Virus record (IMG/VR): IMGVR_UViG_3300021431_000100
Location: 24,871-88,870 of that record
Origin: a virus
Taxonomy: Duplodnaviria > Caudoviricetes
Strand: one strand, 5' to 3'
DNA length: 64,000 nucleotides
The position numbers and the translations under genes were made by a program. The notes beneath the pieces were generated by a model. It saw nothing but the letters and a program-made list of their open reading frames with translations, was not told the origin of the DNA and did not search any database. This document shows positions 29,501 through 39,221 of this stretch, piece after piece; within the stretch, counting starts at the first letter, position 1; each line of letters begins with the position of its first letter.

Positions 29501-30750
29501 ATGGTTATATTCATTTAGTGTTTACTTTCGCTAAGGCAGTGTATTATGTTACTAATTGCAAAGAGAAAAAGGCAGATGGTACAATTATTACACATGAATT
29601 AACCGAACCAATTATTGTCAGCACAAATCCTTTAATTAACGAGTATTTATATCCTGATATTGAAATGGATATGGTAAATAATGTTTTGTATATGGCATGG
29701 CAAGAAAATTATGGATATTATTCAAACATTGTTATGACAGAATATCGTAATGGGTCAGCTTTGTTGGACGAAACGATTACTGTTTTGAATAATGGATTAC
29801 ATAATAATATTCCTAAGATTAAATTGCTTCCAATGGGCGGGTTTGTTATTTCGGCTATAGATAGTGCTGATAGATTACAATTGTTTACCGCTACGGTGGA
29901 CAATGACTATACTTCCCCAACTTTCCAAGAAATGTATTTTGATACTAAAGTATTGGAATTAGACAATCCTTATACAGAAAATTATAACAATTATGATATG
30001 TGGATTGATAATCTTGGCGGGATTAGAATTTTCTATGATTCTATTAATGTAAATAATGATAAATGTTCTACTTATGCTACTTTGGTAGACGACAAATTTA
30101 ACATTGAAACGGTTTTTCATGACGGTATGAATGATACAAGTGTATACGCTTATGACGAATTAATTTTGATTGGTAAGAGTGGCAATAAAGTATTTACCTC
30201 TAAATATTTAAGTAATTTGACAACATTTAGTGATATTAATGAAGAAGAATTTACAGTAAATGATTTTAGACCGTTAGTTACTTGTGCAGATGATGATTAT
30301 ATTTATGTATTGAATATGGAAAATGGATTGTTTAAGGTTTATAGTATTGAAGTAGACAAGATTATGAATAAGAACAATTACGTTTCCAATATTTGGATAG
30401 ATAATTATATGGAATTGCAGGATGAAGAATTAGAAGTAGACCTTGCTACATGGACAAGTGGCGACCCTAGTAAATATCCACAATTTTTCATTCGTGTTAA
30501 TGGATTAATAAAAGAAATTACTCCATTAGATGAATTTGGCGAACGAGAAAATGAGAATGTAAAATTTAATGCGTTTGAGTTTGTTGAATTGAATGAAGAA
30601 AACGAAGAAATTTTACGCAATGTGGTAAATGAAGATACAAAACTTGTTGTTAAGATTTCTTATAATTCAAAAGATATTATTATGGACGTAACAAACATGC
30701 TTTATTACACTTGGGATAATACAACTATGATAAATGTCCACGATAAATAA
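26536..30750 (+). CDS. Large beta-rich virion protein with fibronectin type III-like repeats
   Basis: FN3-like patterns (SVKLKW...LTNLMQDTTYMVRL; QLKYNTDYWLRL; GLNANKLYAFKL); 1404 aa. Confidence 0.6.
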   Translation: MANISKYVYSSLITENGYFPYVYKDENNKIYSIMVMNDGKDTWLNLYTSENEGDSWEQDTDLPLNEDCTMYSPRLFVKDDVIYVFAHGKSGAKNAIYFIRKFLNLKDDGNNPIDPFWEEEWTKLIFDSSKHCRITDLRVDDSGYYAYIIYDKETDKQTYETRLNVFSLTDYEIKMDVSVNENTKINQHNGKATLLNNKIIGISWEMQTVSVYDSKTYQIAYRQFDIVNQEWSNTIILSEDEKHNNYHQSITHDSANNVYVAWLNTQETNTDGSLSYFKTSKIQYATVTNAEKSSYETISTDAKENEYPYLVCDENDSLYIVFASQNYVQYFTKKINTDEWVEIKNVHQNDWKLLVGFCYDNNLYTIIRKDNEIYMVRIDTLLAEDFQPVRDFQIADVNNKEISFVWTAVRNAEDIKLEELVADTAKWNWFKPNTTAGVTADTNTVYCVGLNANKLYAFKLLYKVTTDKKTHTIYYPKRLITQHDADENYQFKWEVPANTTSQELYIAEELWQETMDIANDASECVLPFDNQATSFRLNITGGMAEGYSNEVSPLTIDLDNQDYILSWSPFKNADSVKVQQSIDMMNYYPAKNENIPPQSSSYRIDKVNDVTYSYRLIYHTDKDNYSNVVTLTNNLKVLTTDYDKVIVQWTAMENEEKTLFQLTTDEGNRWETFNYLIDDNIAKINQLKYNTDYWLRLYFPNRFSGKYSNIVKFTTEKYPIKKFDILEANDINAIMSFVVSKEYGDIAVVYVDTYGETRNSVLLSTFNIVAKEQLSSQVTNSYYEEEVNALEKRITLKLVGLKKGTFYKAQIQCVNSDWGNSDILEFKTYGENPQGLKLVSADKHSVKLKWNTLDRITADNVAEMVFIEYSRDGIEKNIVPVLDLSQPYELTNLMQDTTYMVRLICNYGDNEGASETVVVKTQEDLFAPIFGERNNNELCMCVSKKNNIAYIFDKGKLYTYNMSDNSQQLIIDYNISANHIYGDIVEDKNGYIHLVFTFAKAVYYVTNCKEKKADGTIITHELTEPIIVSTNPLINEYLYPDIEMDMVNNVLYMAWQENYGYYSNIVMTEYRNGSALLDETITVLNNGLHNNIPKIKLLPMGGFVISAIDSADRLQLFTATVDNDYTSPTFQEMYFDTKVLELDNPYTENYNNYDMWIDNLGGIRIFYDSINVNNDKCSTYATLVDDKFNIETVFHDGMNDTSVYAYDELILIGKSGNKVFTSKYLSNLTTFSDINEEEFTVNDFRPLVTCADDDYIYVLNMENGLFKVYSIEVDKIMNKNNYVSNIWIDNYMELQDEELEVDLATWTSGDPSKYPQFFIRVNGLIKEITPLDEFGERENENVKFNAFEFVELNEENEEILRNVVNEDTKLVVKISYNSKDIIMDVTNMLYYTWDNTTMINVHDK

Positions 30751-30832
30751 AAATAAAAAGACCTGTTATATTAACGGGTCTTTTTCAATACAATATATAG
30801 AGAAAATAAAATTAGAAATTAAGGGGGAAATT

Positions 30833-31390
30833 ATGTATTCTTTCGACGAGTATTTCAACAAATGTTCCGATAAACACAATTGTAGATATTGCAAAGATAC
30901 CGAGGATAAGCTAAATGCACATGCACAAAAAATGGCAACCGCAAAAGCAAAAGAAGCTCATCATAAAATCGACTGTTTTAATGAAGAAAAACGCATTATG
31001 ACAGGGTTATTAGGCGAGAAAGCATTGGAACATGTTTTGGGTATAGATATTATTGATTATACAATTGGTAATTCTAAAAACTATAATGTTCCTGATATAT
31101 CTCAGTACAATATAGGAGTTAAAACAGTAGAATACGGCAAGTTCCCTGTTATTTTTAAGAACAACAGTTATCCACAAATTATTTGTGTTGTGGATAAATC
31201 CAAAAAAGCAGTTTATGTTTTGGGCTTGGCAACTGTAGACGTGCTAAATAAATATCAAAGTGAAGATTTAATATTAAGTCCATATCTTCGTGCTAGAGGA
31301 ACAAAGACAGGGTTCTATGGATTAGACAAATTAATACCTATTCATTCAATTGAAGATATATTAAAATATAAACAAGGGGCGGTGGCATAA
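30833..31390 (+). CDS. Hypothetical protein with PD-(D/E)xK-like motif
   Basis: GEKAL...VPDI...IGVKT; ATG 30833 after AAGGGGG. Confidence 0.45.
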   Translation: MYSFDEYFNKCSDKHNCRYCKDTEDKLNAHAQKMATAKAKEAHHKIDCFNEEKRIMTGLLGEKALEHVLGIDIIDYTIGNSKNYNVPDISQYNIGVKTVEYGKFPVIFKNNSYPQIICVVDKSKKAVYVLGLATVDVLNKYQSEDLILSPYLRARGTKTGFYGLDKLIPIHSIEDILKYKQGAVA

Positions 31391-31650
31391 TGAGCGATTT
31401 AGAAGAAAAGTTACAAGAAATCTTAATTTCTTTAAACAATACTTTTGACGTTGAAATTCAAGAACAAGGTGACGATGAAATCATCACACAGCTTATTCTT
31501 AAAAATCTAAAAAATGACGGTTCTGAATTTCTTGAAAAGTTTATCGGTTTCTTCTCTCCGATTGTAGAACAAATGACCGACGGGAAGAAGGAAGTTGTTT
31601 ACGAAGAAGGAACAGGATTAACCATTAGGCGAATTGACATTGATGAATAA
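31390..31650 (+). CDS. Acidic hypothetical protein
   Basis: 86-aa coupled ORF. Confidence 0.65.
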   Translation: MSDLEEKLQEILISLNNTFDVEIQEQGDDEIITQLILKNLKNDGSEFLEKFIGFFSPIVEQMTDGKKEVVYEEGTGLTIRRIDIDE

Positions 31651-31677
31651 AAAAAGCACCCAAATGGGTGCTTTTTT
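31650..31677. terminator. Bidirectional terminator
   Basis: AAAAAAGCACCC-aaat-GGGTGCTTTTTT between convergent genes. Confidence 0.85.
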
Positions 31678-31678
31678 A

Positions 31679-32290
31679 TTAACTGAGAAAACTTTTCATT
31701 TTTAAAATTGCTTTTCCTCTATGACTGATTTGATTTTTTTCTTTTGTTGAAATATCTGCCATTGTTTTTTCGTAATTATAATCTGATAAATAGAAAATTG
31801 GGTCAAAAGAAAAACCGTTTTTCCCATGCGGAACATTTTTAATCATGCCTGTACAAATTTCTTCGACGGTATAATCTTGTTCTTTTTTTGGGTCATAGAG
31901 GGAAATAGCACAGTGGTATTTTGCTGTAGACTGTGTAAATCCATTGTTTTGCATCATGCAAAGAAGGACATGATTTTTGTCATTGTCATTTGGATTTGGA
32001 TTAAATACACTCATTGCAAAACGATGAGAATAGATACCAGGTTTGCCGTTAAGACAGTCTACGGTCAATCCACTGTCGTCAGCAAGACAAATTTCTCCAA
32101 TTATATTTGCATAAGATTTTGCTTTTAGTAAAGCATTTTCTTTGAATGTTTTTCCGTTTTCTTCTACTTCGGGAATTTTATTGGGGAAAAAGTCTTTCAA
32201 AGAAACCACTTCTATATCAATATCTTTAAATGCTTCTTGAAACTCTTTAATTTTACCTGCGTTTGTTGAAGCAATTACAATTTTTTTCAT
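31679..32290 (-). CDS. rdgB: Non-canonical purine NTP pyrophosphatase (RdgB/HAM1)
   Basis: ASTNAGKIKE, LADDSGL, GFSFDPIF and ISHRGKA motifs. Confidence 0.92.
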   Translation of the reverse strand: MKKIVIASTNAGKIKEFQEAFKDIDIEVVSLKDFFPNKIPEVEENGKTFKENALLKAKSYANIIGEICLADDSGLTVDCLNGKPGIYSHRFAMSVFNPNPNDNDKNHVLLCMMQNNGFTQSTAKYHCAISLYDPKKEQDYTVEEICTGMIKNVPHGKNGFSFDPIFYLSDYNYEKTMADISTKEKNQISHRGKAILKMKSFLS

Positions 32291-32320
32291 AAAAACCTCT
32301 TATTTTTGTTGTTGGTGATA

Positions 32321-33163
32321 TTATCGAACAAATACTACAGCAGTACGGTCAAGGAAATGAGTACGCTCATTTTCGGCAAGAATTCGCAGTGCGTCCTCAT
32401 TTGAAACCATAGGACTTGCGTTTACTACTGTATTCTGCTGAAAACCAATAGCCCTTACAACGAGTGGGTTAGAACCTGCCCTTGGGCAGTTTGCAATATC
32501 CTTGGAAAAACCACACATGCCATTCTGTACTACGGTATTATGGTCAATATTTCTCAGCCCATAAAATGGTTTGTTGTTAGCGTCCACAATAGTAGGAGCC
32601 ATTGTCGGCTCTAAACCTAAACCACTGCAGTCTACAATAAGACCTGTATAATTTCCATTTGCACTCATACGAGCGTTATTGCGTTCAACAGGAGTAACAC
32701 TTGGGGAAGAATAAGTATCTGTAGTACAAATATTCTCCTTTGATACGTCAGGAATAATTGCAGAAGCAAGGGAGTTGGTAGTGCCAAACAGTGGCATCTC
32801 TACCGTAACAGTATAGGTTTCATCGGCAGGATTCCATTCTTCCTTTACAATTTTTGCGTTCTTAACAACGCCCTCTACACGAGCATTGACAACTTCACTA
32901 CCGAATGCAAGGTCTTCGGTAGAAGAACTAGCCTTTACCCATACGCCCTTTGCTTCTTCAAGAAGCTGTCTGTAAGCGTTCAATACAGCTGCTCTGCGAG
33001 CATGAGCTTTCTTTGCTCCAATCTTGGTATCAGTTGCCTTTGGTAAACCGATTTCTGTAACAGTAATACAGTTATCCTCAAAAGATGCTTCCGACATTGC
33101 AAATGCACTTGTGCTGACCATTAACGTCAAAATCATGGTCATAATCATAAAAATCTTCTTCAT
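32321..33163 (-). CDS. Exported LPP20/FlgT-N-like protein
   Basis: Sec signal peptide (…SAFA); ARRAAVLNAYRQLLE..GV.V motif. Confidence 0.55.
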   Translation of the reverse strand: MKKIFMIMTMILTLMVSTSAFAMSEASFEDNCITVTEIGLPKATDTKIGAKKAHARRAAVLNAYRQLLEEAKGVWVKASSSTEDLAFGSEVVNARVEGVVKNAKIVKEEWNPADETYTVTVEMPLFGTTNSLASAIIPDVSKENICTTDTYSSPSVTPVERNNARMSANGNYTGLIVDCSGLGLEPTMAPTIVDANNKPFYGLRNIDHNTVVQNGMCGFSKDIANCPRAGSNPLVVRAIGFQQNTVVNASPMVSNEDALRILAENERTHFLDRTAVVFVR

Positions 33164-33165
33164 AA

Positions 33166-33873
33166 TTAAATCAATCCTTTCTTTGCTCTTTCTGCTCTAA
33201 GTTTAGCTCTATACGTTTCTATATTTACGTCAGGGTCTAAAGTGTACCCATAACGTTCAAAAACATCTGTCCATTCTTTAGTTCCAAACATTCTGTAGCA
33301 CCAATTAGGATTGAAATATGGTTCACCACCATAATATAAAATCCACGCTGCTTCAGCAATGCTACGCATATTTCTTTCAAACAAAGTTAAATTCGGTTTT
33401 TCTGAAATATCCTTGTAATAAAACCAAGTATATTCAGTGGTTGCATAAGAGTTAATATTTGGCTTGTGATAACTCAATATACAAAAACTACGCTTCTTTA
33501 CGTCCTCGTCCCAAAAATAATAGATTACGTTTCTTCGATAACCAACTTCACCTACTGTTTTTGTTACCATTCGTTTTGTACAGGTCATTTCAATGTCTAA
33601 TGCAACGGTACATTTATCGTAAATGTGTTTACCATCATAAATATCTGCGTCGTCAGGACTAGCTTCTCTAATCCCATCTGTTACATAGCATCTGCTATCG
33701 CAACCCCATCCACTTTCACCTAAATATTCGTTAGGTGGTGGTTCGGTTACAGCCATCCTCCACTTGACTTCTCGTGAAACAAATGCACCTTTATCCAATA
33801 CTGATTCACGAGCAAATGATGTGGTTGGTATAAGAATAATCAATGCTAAAAGCATACTTAGAATTCTTTTCAA
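33166..33873 (-). CDS. Exported hypothetical protein
   Basis: Signal peptide MKRILSMLLALIILIPTTSFA. Confidence 0.65.
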   Translation of the reverse strand: MKRILSMLLALIILIPTTSFARESVLDKGAFVSREVKWRMAVTEPPPNEYLGESGWGCDSRCYVTDGIREASPDDADIYDGKHIYDKCTVALDIEMTCTKRMVTKTVGEVGYRRNVIYYFWDEDVKKRSFCILSYHKPNINSYATTEYTWFYYKDISEKPNLTLFERNMRSIAEAAWILYYGGEPYFNPNWCYRMFGTKEWTDVFERYGYTLDPDVNIETYRAKLRAERAKKGLI

Positions 33874-35270
33874 GTTATATCCCCCCTATCTGTATTATTC
33901 ATATAAGATAAATCGTTGAAACAGTCTTTATTTGACTTTTTGTATTTAAGAATTTGATTTATAATGCGTTTTCTAATGTCAATATAGACAATATCCGCAG
34001 GATGTTGAATTGCTATTAAATAAGCTTTCTTAAAATACTTTTCTGTATCTTCAAAAGATACGAAATAGTTACAGCCTTTGAGATAATATGAAAACGCTTT
34101 GTTATTTGTTCGTTCGAGGTTAAATGTACTGATTTTTTTATGAATTTCTTGGTATTTTTCTTTCGACGTTGCGTCGTCGAGACTTTGTTTGTAATAAGTA
34201 TAATAGTTTAAAGCTGTTACATTGTCATAATAACTATTTTCGTTCATAGCTACATGTTTAAAATTGTACACGGCATAATTATCTGTTCGGGCAGGAAAAT
34301 AAGTAAGTATATATGCTTCGGTATATCTTCCTGCGTCTGCCAAAGCCATTGCTAAAATATTAACTGACGGATAAATATTCTCCAAAGTGTATTGTGGGGC
34401 ACGTTCGCCTCTAAACCCTGACTTCCACGGTACAGGCTTATATTTGCTTGCGAAATTGTTTAGAATTTCATATCCCGTGGCAATCGCCAAATTATATTGA
34501 TTGGAATAATAATATGCAATTTCTTTGGCGTATAATCCATAAAAATCTGTTGAATTTATGGATAATAACTCATTAGCTACACCTATCGTATCAGCATTAT
34601 TCATGTGAGCGTATGACAAACATAGATATTCCCGTGCTCTAAGGCTTAAAACTTTTCGCTCTTGTGACATATCGTCTGAGGAATGTAGTAACATTTGTTG
34701 ACAATACTGTACGCAAGTACCATACTGTTCTTGACGATAAGCTTGTACAGCAAGTTTATATAGATTACTTATATCGTCGTCTTTTAAAGAAGTCGGATTA
34801 ATGGATTGCTTCTTGTATTCTTCCGCTTCTTGTTCGTTGATATTTGACAGTTCACGATAATATTCCTTCTGAGCGACCTCTTTGGCTTTATCCAAAGCCT
34901 TTAGCAACATATCGTCGTCAACGTTTACTATTAAATGGCATGTAAGCCCTTCGTTGGTTGTAGAGAATTCTTTTTTTAAAACCTGTTGTATCGAAGCTGT
35001 TGTGGCTATAATTACTTCTGTGTCGTATGCCATATCACGTGTTTTTGTTAAACTTTCTACCACAATACCCAATTGTTCGGAAACTTTCATTTGAGCATTT
35101 TTATAGGCAAGTTTTTCCTGCACGTCGTATATAACTTCATTTAAAGAATTACGCTCTTTGGCATATTCGACTGAAATAGGTTCTGAAGTAACTTCGATTG
35201 TATGAGTTTTTGCCATAACGTGTGGTGAAAAACAAACCACACATAGCAGAGCTATAATAAATCTTTTCAT
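33870..35270 (-). CDS. Exported protein with LPP20-like N-terminus and TPR-like helices
   Basis: Signal peptide (…HVMA); AVQAYRQEQYGTC and EIAYYYSNQYNLAI TPR-like units. Confidence 0.55.
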   Translation of the reverse strand: MKRFIIALLCVVCFSPHVMAKTHTIEVTSEPISVEYAKERNSLNEVIYDVQEKLAYKNAQMKVSEQLGIVVESLTKTRDMAYDTEVIIATTASIQQVLKKEFSTTNEGLTCHLIVNVDDDMLLKALDKAKEVAQKEYYRELSNINEQEAEEYKKQSINPTSLKDDDISNLYKLAVQAYRQEQYGTCVQYCQQMLLHSSDDMSQERKVLSLRAREYLCLSYAHMNNADTIGVANELLSINSTDFYGLYAKEIAYYYSNQYNLAIATGYEILNNFASKYKPVPWKSGFRGERAPQYTLENIYPSVNILAMALADAGRYTEAYILTYFPARTDNYAVYNFKHVAMNENSYYDNVTALNYYTYYKQSLDDATSKEKYQEIHKKISTFNLERTNNKAFSYYLKGCNYFVSFEDTEKYFKKAYLIAIQHPADIVYIDIRKRIINQILKYKKSNKDCFNDLSYMNNTDRGDIT

Positions 35271-35294
35271 ATTATTTTCTCCTTGTTTGTATTA

Positions 35295-35323
35295 ATTATA
35301 ACAGATTTGTAGTATTTTGTCAA
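35295..35323 (-). promoter_or_regulatory. Consensus sigma-A promoter of the exported-protein/rdgB operon
   Basis: Perfect TTGACA-N17-TATAAT on the minus strand. Confidence 0.8.
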
Positions 35324-35331
35324 TACCTTTT

Positions 35332-36732
35332 TTAAAAATTTACAACATCCATATTTTTTTTCCATTCAGGTTCAGTGCAATACAGAGCTTTTCTATAAAG
35401 AAAGTGCTTGTAAAATGTTGGGTTTTCGTCCATGAAATCATATACGTGAGCCATATTACGACCTTCAAACAATCTCAGTACACGTCCTACTCTCTGAAAT
35501 GCACGAGTAGAAGATTTACCACTTGCAGTTAAAATTAAAACTTTTAATGCAGGACAATCCAACCCTTCGTCAGCAATGGTAGAACCAAGAAGAATTTTTA
35601 CTTTTTCCTGACGAGCACCTTCAAGGATTGCATTACGCATTTCCATATCAGTTTCACCGCTAATAAGTTCTACTGTATGAAGATTATAAGTTTTACCATT
35701 GTATTCTACCTCTACAGGAGTAGAACCAAACTTGTTTTCAATCATGCTCTTTAAGTGCCAACCATGTTCAATTCTACCAAACAGAACCAAGATAGAACCA
35801 AGGTTGTTTTTAATGCTGTGGTCAATAACCTTCAAAACTTTGTTATTACGATTTTCGTTATTAACAATTGCGGTGTTATAAGTTTTTTCATAATTACCAA
35901 GCCAACCGCAAGGGTCTTCCTGCTTAATAAAATGGATTTTGCAAGGGGTTAATTTACCTTTTTTAATTAAAGTGGAAGCGTTGATATTGGACTTTGGATT
36001 ACGAACATTAATCGCTGCTTCAATTAACAAATCGTCATTGCCGTCACGCCAAGGGGTGGCAGATACCGCACAACGATAGTAAGCGTTTTTAGCTCCCTTA
36101 GCAACGTCAAATAAAGTTTTTGCACCAAGAAATTGGCATTCGTCAACTAAGAGTGCTTTTGCCTGACCGAGAAGTTCAGACTTTAAAACGGTCTGTGGAG
36201 TAACTACGGTAATATCCTGTATATCAGTTTCAAGACCTGTCATAATACCAACTTTTACACCGAGAAATTTAGCAATTTCATCACGTAACTGATAAGCAAG
36301 GGTTGCCTTTGGGGAAAGAACGATAACAGGCTTAACATTAAATTTTGCAATGGCACTAGCCATCATAACGGTTTTTCCTGCACCTGTTGCAGCTTGAACA
36401 ATGGTACGAGTGGAAAGATTATCATATACATTTTGCTGATAATCTCTGAGTGTAACCCAATCTGCAATTTTAAAATTTCCATTTTTAATAGGTTTTACAC
36501 GCTTATCAATAATTTCAACCTGCAAACCTACTTTTTTACATTCAGCAACAATATAAGGGATAAGACCTGTGTATGTCATACAGGTTTTAGGGTTAAATAA
36601 AACGTGCAACTGTTTTGGAGCACCAAACCCACCTGTGTAGTAAGATAATTTATCTGCGATTGTATATTTAAGCATTTCGCTGTCAATGCCATAAGCCTTG
36701 CAAAGTACGTTACCGTATTCAATCTTTACCAT
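35332..36732 (-). CDS. Superfamily 2 DNA helicase (UvsW-like)
   Basis: AATGAGKT, VDECQ, SATP, EGLDCP and QRVGRVLR motifs. Confidence 0.88.
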   Translation of the reverse strand: MVKIEYGNVLCKAYGIDSEMLKYTIADKLSYYTGGFGAPKQLHVLFNPKTCMTYTGLIPYIVAECKKVGLQVEIIDKRVKPIKNGNFKIADWVTLRDYQQNVYDNLSTRTIVQAATGAGKTVMMASAIAKFNVKPVIVLSPKATLAYQLRDEIAKFLGVKVGIMTGLETDIQDITVVTPQTVLKSELLGQAKALLVDECQFLGAKTLFDVAKGAKNAYYRCAVSATPWRDGNDDLLIEAAINVRNPKSNINASTLIKKGKLTPCKIHFIKQEDPCGWLGNYEKTYNTAIVNNENRNNKVLKVIDHSIKNNLGSILVLFGRIEHGWHLKSMIENKFGSTPVEVEYNGKTYNLHTVELISGETDMEMRNAILEGARQEKVKILLGSTIADEGLDCPALKVLILTASGKSSTRAFQRVGRVLRLFEGRNMAHVYDFMDENPTFYKHFLYRKALYCTEPEWKKNMDVVNF

Positions 36733-36762
36733 TGTATTTTCCCCCTTGCTTTATTTGTCTTA

Positions 36763-36791
36763 ATTATATAACAAAAGTTTAAAAATGTCAA
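36763..36791 (-). promoter_or_regulatory. Consensus sigma-A promoter of the helicase
   Basis: Perfect TTGACA-N17-TATAAT on the minus strand. Confidence 0.8.
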
Positions 36792-36889
36792 TACCTTTTT
36801 TAAAGTTTATATGTATTTACGATTGTATAAAAATTATAATAAAATATATTTAAATAATAGAATGTTTTGACAAAAAGAAGGTGGTTAAT

Positions 36890-37444
36890 ATGCGAATCGG
36901 TGTAGATATTGATGGTACTATTAACAATTTTGCAGATATTGCTTCAAAATATATTGAATTAGAAACGGGATTTAAATGGGACAGAAAACAATATGAAATA
37001 TATCCAAAAATGAATGCTGACGAAATACATAATTTTATGTTACGTCATCGTCAAGATTTTATTGATGAAGTTCAACCTGTTAACAATTCACAAGACTGTA
37101 TACGCAATTTGTTAAATGCTAGAAACCAAGTATATTTTATTACCGCTAGAGATTATGTTGTTGCAGAAGACACGCTACAATGGCTTAGGAAACATGGATT
37201 TTTATACACCGATATTTTTTTTAATTGTGGAGATAAAGTCGGTGCTTGCATATGGAAAGATATTGATGTTATGATTGACGACTCTCCATATAATATTAAA
37301 AAATTGGAAGAAAATCATATTCCCTATATAGTATTTAACCAACCCTATAATCAAAACATTAATGATGGTTTATATCGTGCGACTAATTGGAATGAAATTG
37401 AAAATTTTATTAATAATAGTAATATAATTGAGGATATGGTATGA
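36890..37444 (+). CDS. HAD-family 5'(3')-deoxyribonucleotidase-like protein
   Basis: GVDIDGT, FITAR and MIDDSP motifs. Confidence 0.8.
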   Translation: MRIGVDIDGTINNFADIASKYIELETGFKWDRKQYEIYPKMNADEIHNFMLRHRQDFIDEVQPVNNSQDCIRNLLNARNQVYFITARDYVVAEDTLQWLRKHGFLYTDIFFNCGDKVGACIWKDIDVMIDDSPYNIKKLEENHIPYIVFNQPYNQNINDGLYRATNWNEIENFINNSNIIEDMV

Positions 37445-38031
37445 GTAAATTATCTAAAAAATTAAAAATATTTCAAAATTCTACAAACAAAACATATAAT
37501 GTTAATTTATATTCTACCAAAGCTGAAGCTTTAAATTCTCCATTTAAAATAACTTTGTCTGACGGAACGACAGCTTATGTGCCTAGTAGACCCGCAAAAA
37601 CAGATACACCATTAGCTTTTACATATAAAAATAAAACTTATTATGTTACGTCAAAAGCTGAAGAAATAATAGAAAGAACAACAATTGTTGTTGATATGAC
37701 TAATGATTGGTGGACTTGCCCTGAAGGTGTAGAAGTAATAAAGATAGAAAGTTTGCATGATGGTTATGGTTGGACAGGTCAAGGTGTAAATAATATTGTT
37801 AAAGTAACTCCTAATAAAAAATACCGTTTTTGGTTTACCTATTATTCACCTATGGACAACGATGAGTGGTTTAGTGATTTTGGGGTATATAATACGTCTC
37901 AAGAAAAAATTTTGTGGAGTAATTCAGGCACTTATGAAGACGGTGAAGAGATTAATATAACTGATTATATTTTTAAAATTTCCTATAGTTCGGCAATTAA
38001 TAAGATGACCCCTGAATATTATGCGGATTAA
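37441..38031 (+). CDS. Hypothetical protein (probably tail-associated)
   Basis: 196-aa ORF coupled to the tail-fibre cluster; WTCPEGVEVIK motif. Confidence 0.5.
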   Translation: MSKLSKKLKIFQNSTNKTYNVNLYSTKAEALNSPFKITLSDGTTAYVPSRPAKTDTPLAFTYKNKTYYVTSKAEEIIERTTIVVDMTNDWWTCPEGVEVIKIESLHDGYGWTGQGVNNIVKVTPNKKYRFWFTYYSPMDNDEWFSDFGVYNTSQEKILWSNSGTYEDGEEINITDYIFKISYSSAINKMTPEYYAD

Positions 38032-38050
38032 TTTATGAGGTGATGTATAA

Positions 38051-39067
38051 ATGGCTGATGAAAAACATATTTCTTTTGGCAATTTAGCTAAATTCAAAGA
38101 AAAATATGACGAAAAACTAAGTGATGAGTTGACAAGTAGAGTAGACGTTGTAGAAGGTAAAGGTCTATCCACTAACGACTTTACCAACGAACTTAAAGCT
38201 ACTCTTGAATCTGCTTTACAGGTTAACGATTTGGTTGACTATGCTAAGAAAACTGATATTTCTAGTGTGTTTAAATACAAAGGTAGTGTAGAAAATTATT
38301 CTGATTTACCATTAGAAAATACAATTGGTGACACTTACGATATTGTTAATACTAACGCAGAACATAATATTGATGCAGGTGATAATTTAACTTGGAACGG
38401 TGAAGGTTGGGATAATTTATCAGGCATAATAAATTTAACTCCTATTAACACTAAACTTAGTGAAATGGAAACTTCTGTTAGCAATATTGGTAAAGTGGAA
38501 TTTACAAGTGATGAAGATATAGAGTCCTTGTTCTATACCAAGAAATCTATGACAAATAGTCAGAATTTGGCTGATTTTTTTGGATTGAAAACAGGTTGTG
38601 TGAAAAACGCTTACAATGGAGACAGCGAGTGTTATCGCCTTTCTTTAAAAGATACCAATAACAAAGTTGTTAATGAAATATATAGAAATAAAGCAATCTT
38701 ATGGAATCAACAATATGTTAACGAAAAAGCATTTGATTTTAAAATTAATGACATAACAATAAATGTTTTGTTTGGGGATGTTGTTAATCGTGATGCAATA
38801 TTTACGGACGGTTATAATAATTTATATACTATTGATGCAAATGGTAATCACATTTATCAGTATTCTGCACAACCTGAAACTATTTTGAAACAGCCGTCTA
38901 ATAATCTCAGCGTATTAGCACAGCGAATCAATGATACAAATTCCTGCTTTAAGGCAGATTATACCAATGGTGTTTTTTCAATTATCAACACTGATGGTGA
39001 TGATTTTGTAATTTCCAACACCGCAGGTTCTAAGATTGATGTAGCAAGTAAGTTGAATTTTGCATAA
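38051..39067 (+). CDS. Tail-fibre-like protein
   Basis: VDVVEGKGLSTNDFT and VFKYKGSV..Y.DLP...GDTY fibre motifs. Confidence 0.65.
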   Translation: MADEKHISFGNLAKFKEKYDEKLSDELTSRVDVVEGKGLSTNDFTNELKATLESALQVNDLVDYAKKTDISSVFKYKGSVENYSDLPLENTIGDTYDIVNTNAEHNIDAGDNLTWNGEGWDNLSGIINLTPINTKLSEMETSVSNIGKVEFTSDEDIESLFYTKKSMTNSQNLADFFGLKTGCVKNAYNGDSECYRLSLKDTNNKVVNEIYRNKAILWNQQYVNEKAFDFKINDITINVLFGDVVNRDAIFTDGYNNLYTIDANGNHIYQYSAQPETILKQPSNNLSVLAQRINDTNSCFKADYTNGVFSIINTDGDDFVISNTAGSKIDVASKLNFA

Positions 39068-39221
39068 ATAGAGTTCGTATAATATTAAAAGACCTCTTTG
39101 TGAGGTCTTTTTTATTGTGTAAACAAAACATACCTGAAAAGTATTCTCGTTCTAAGAAAATATAAACATTTAATATAAAACTATTATTTAAGTGACACAT
39201 ATAATTAGGTGGTGAATTTTA

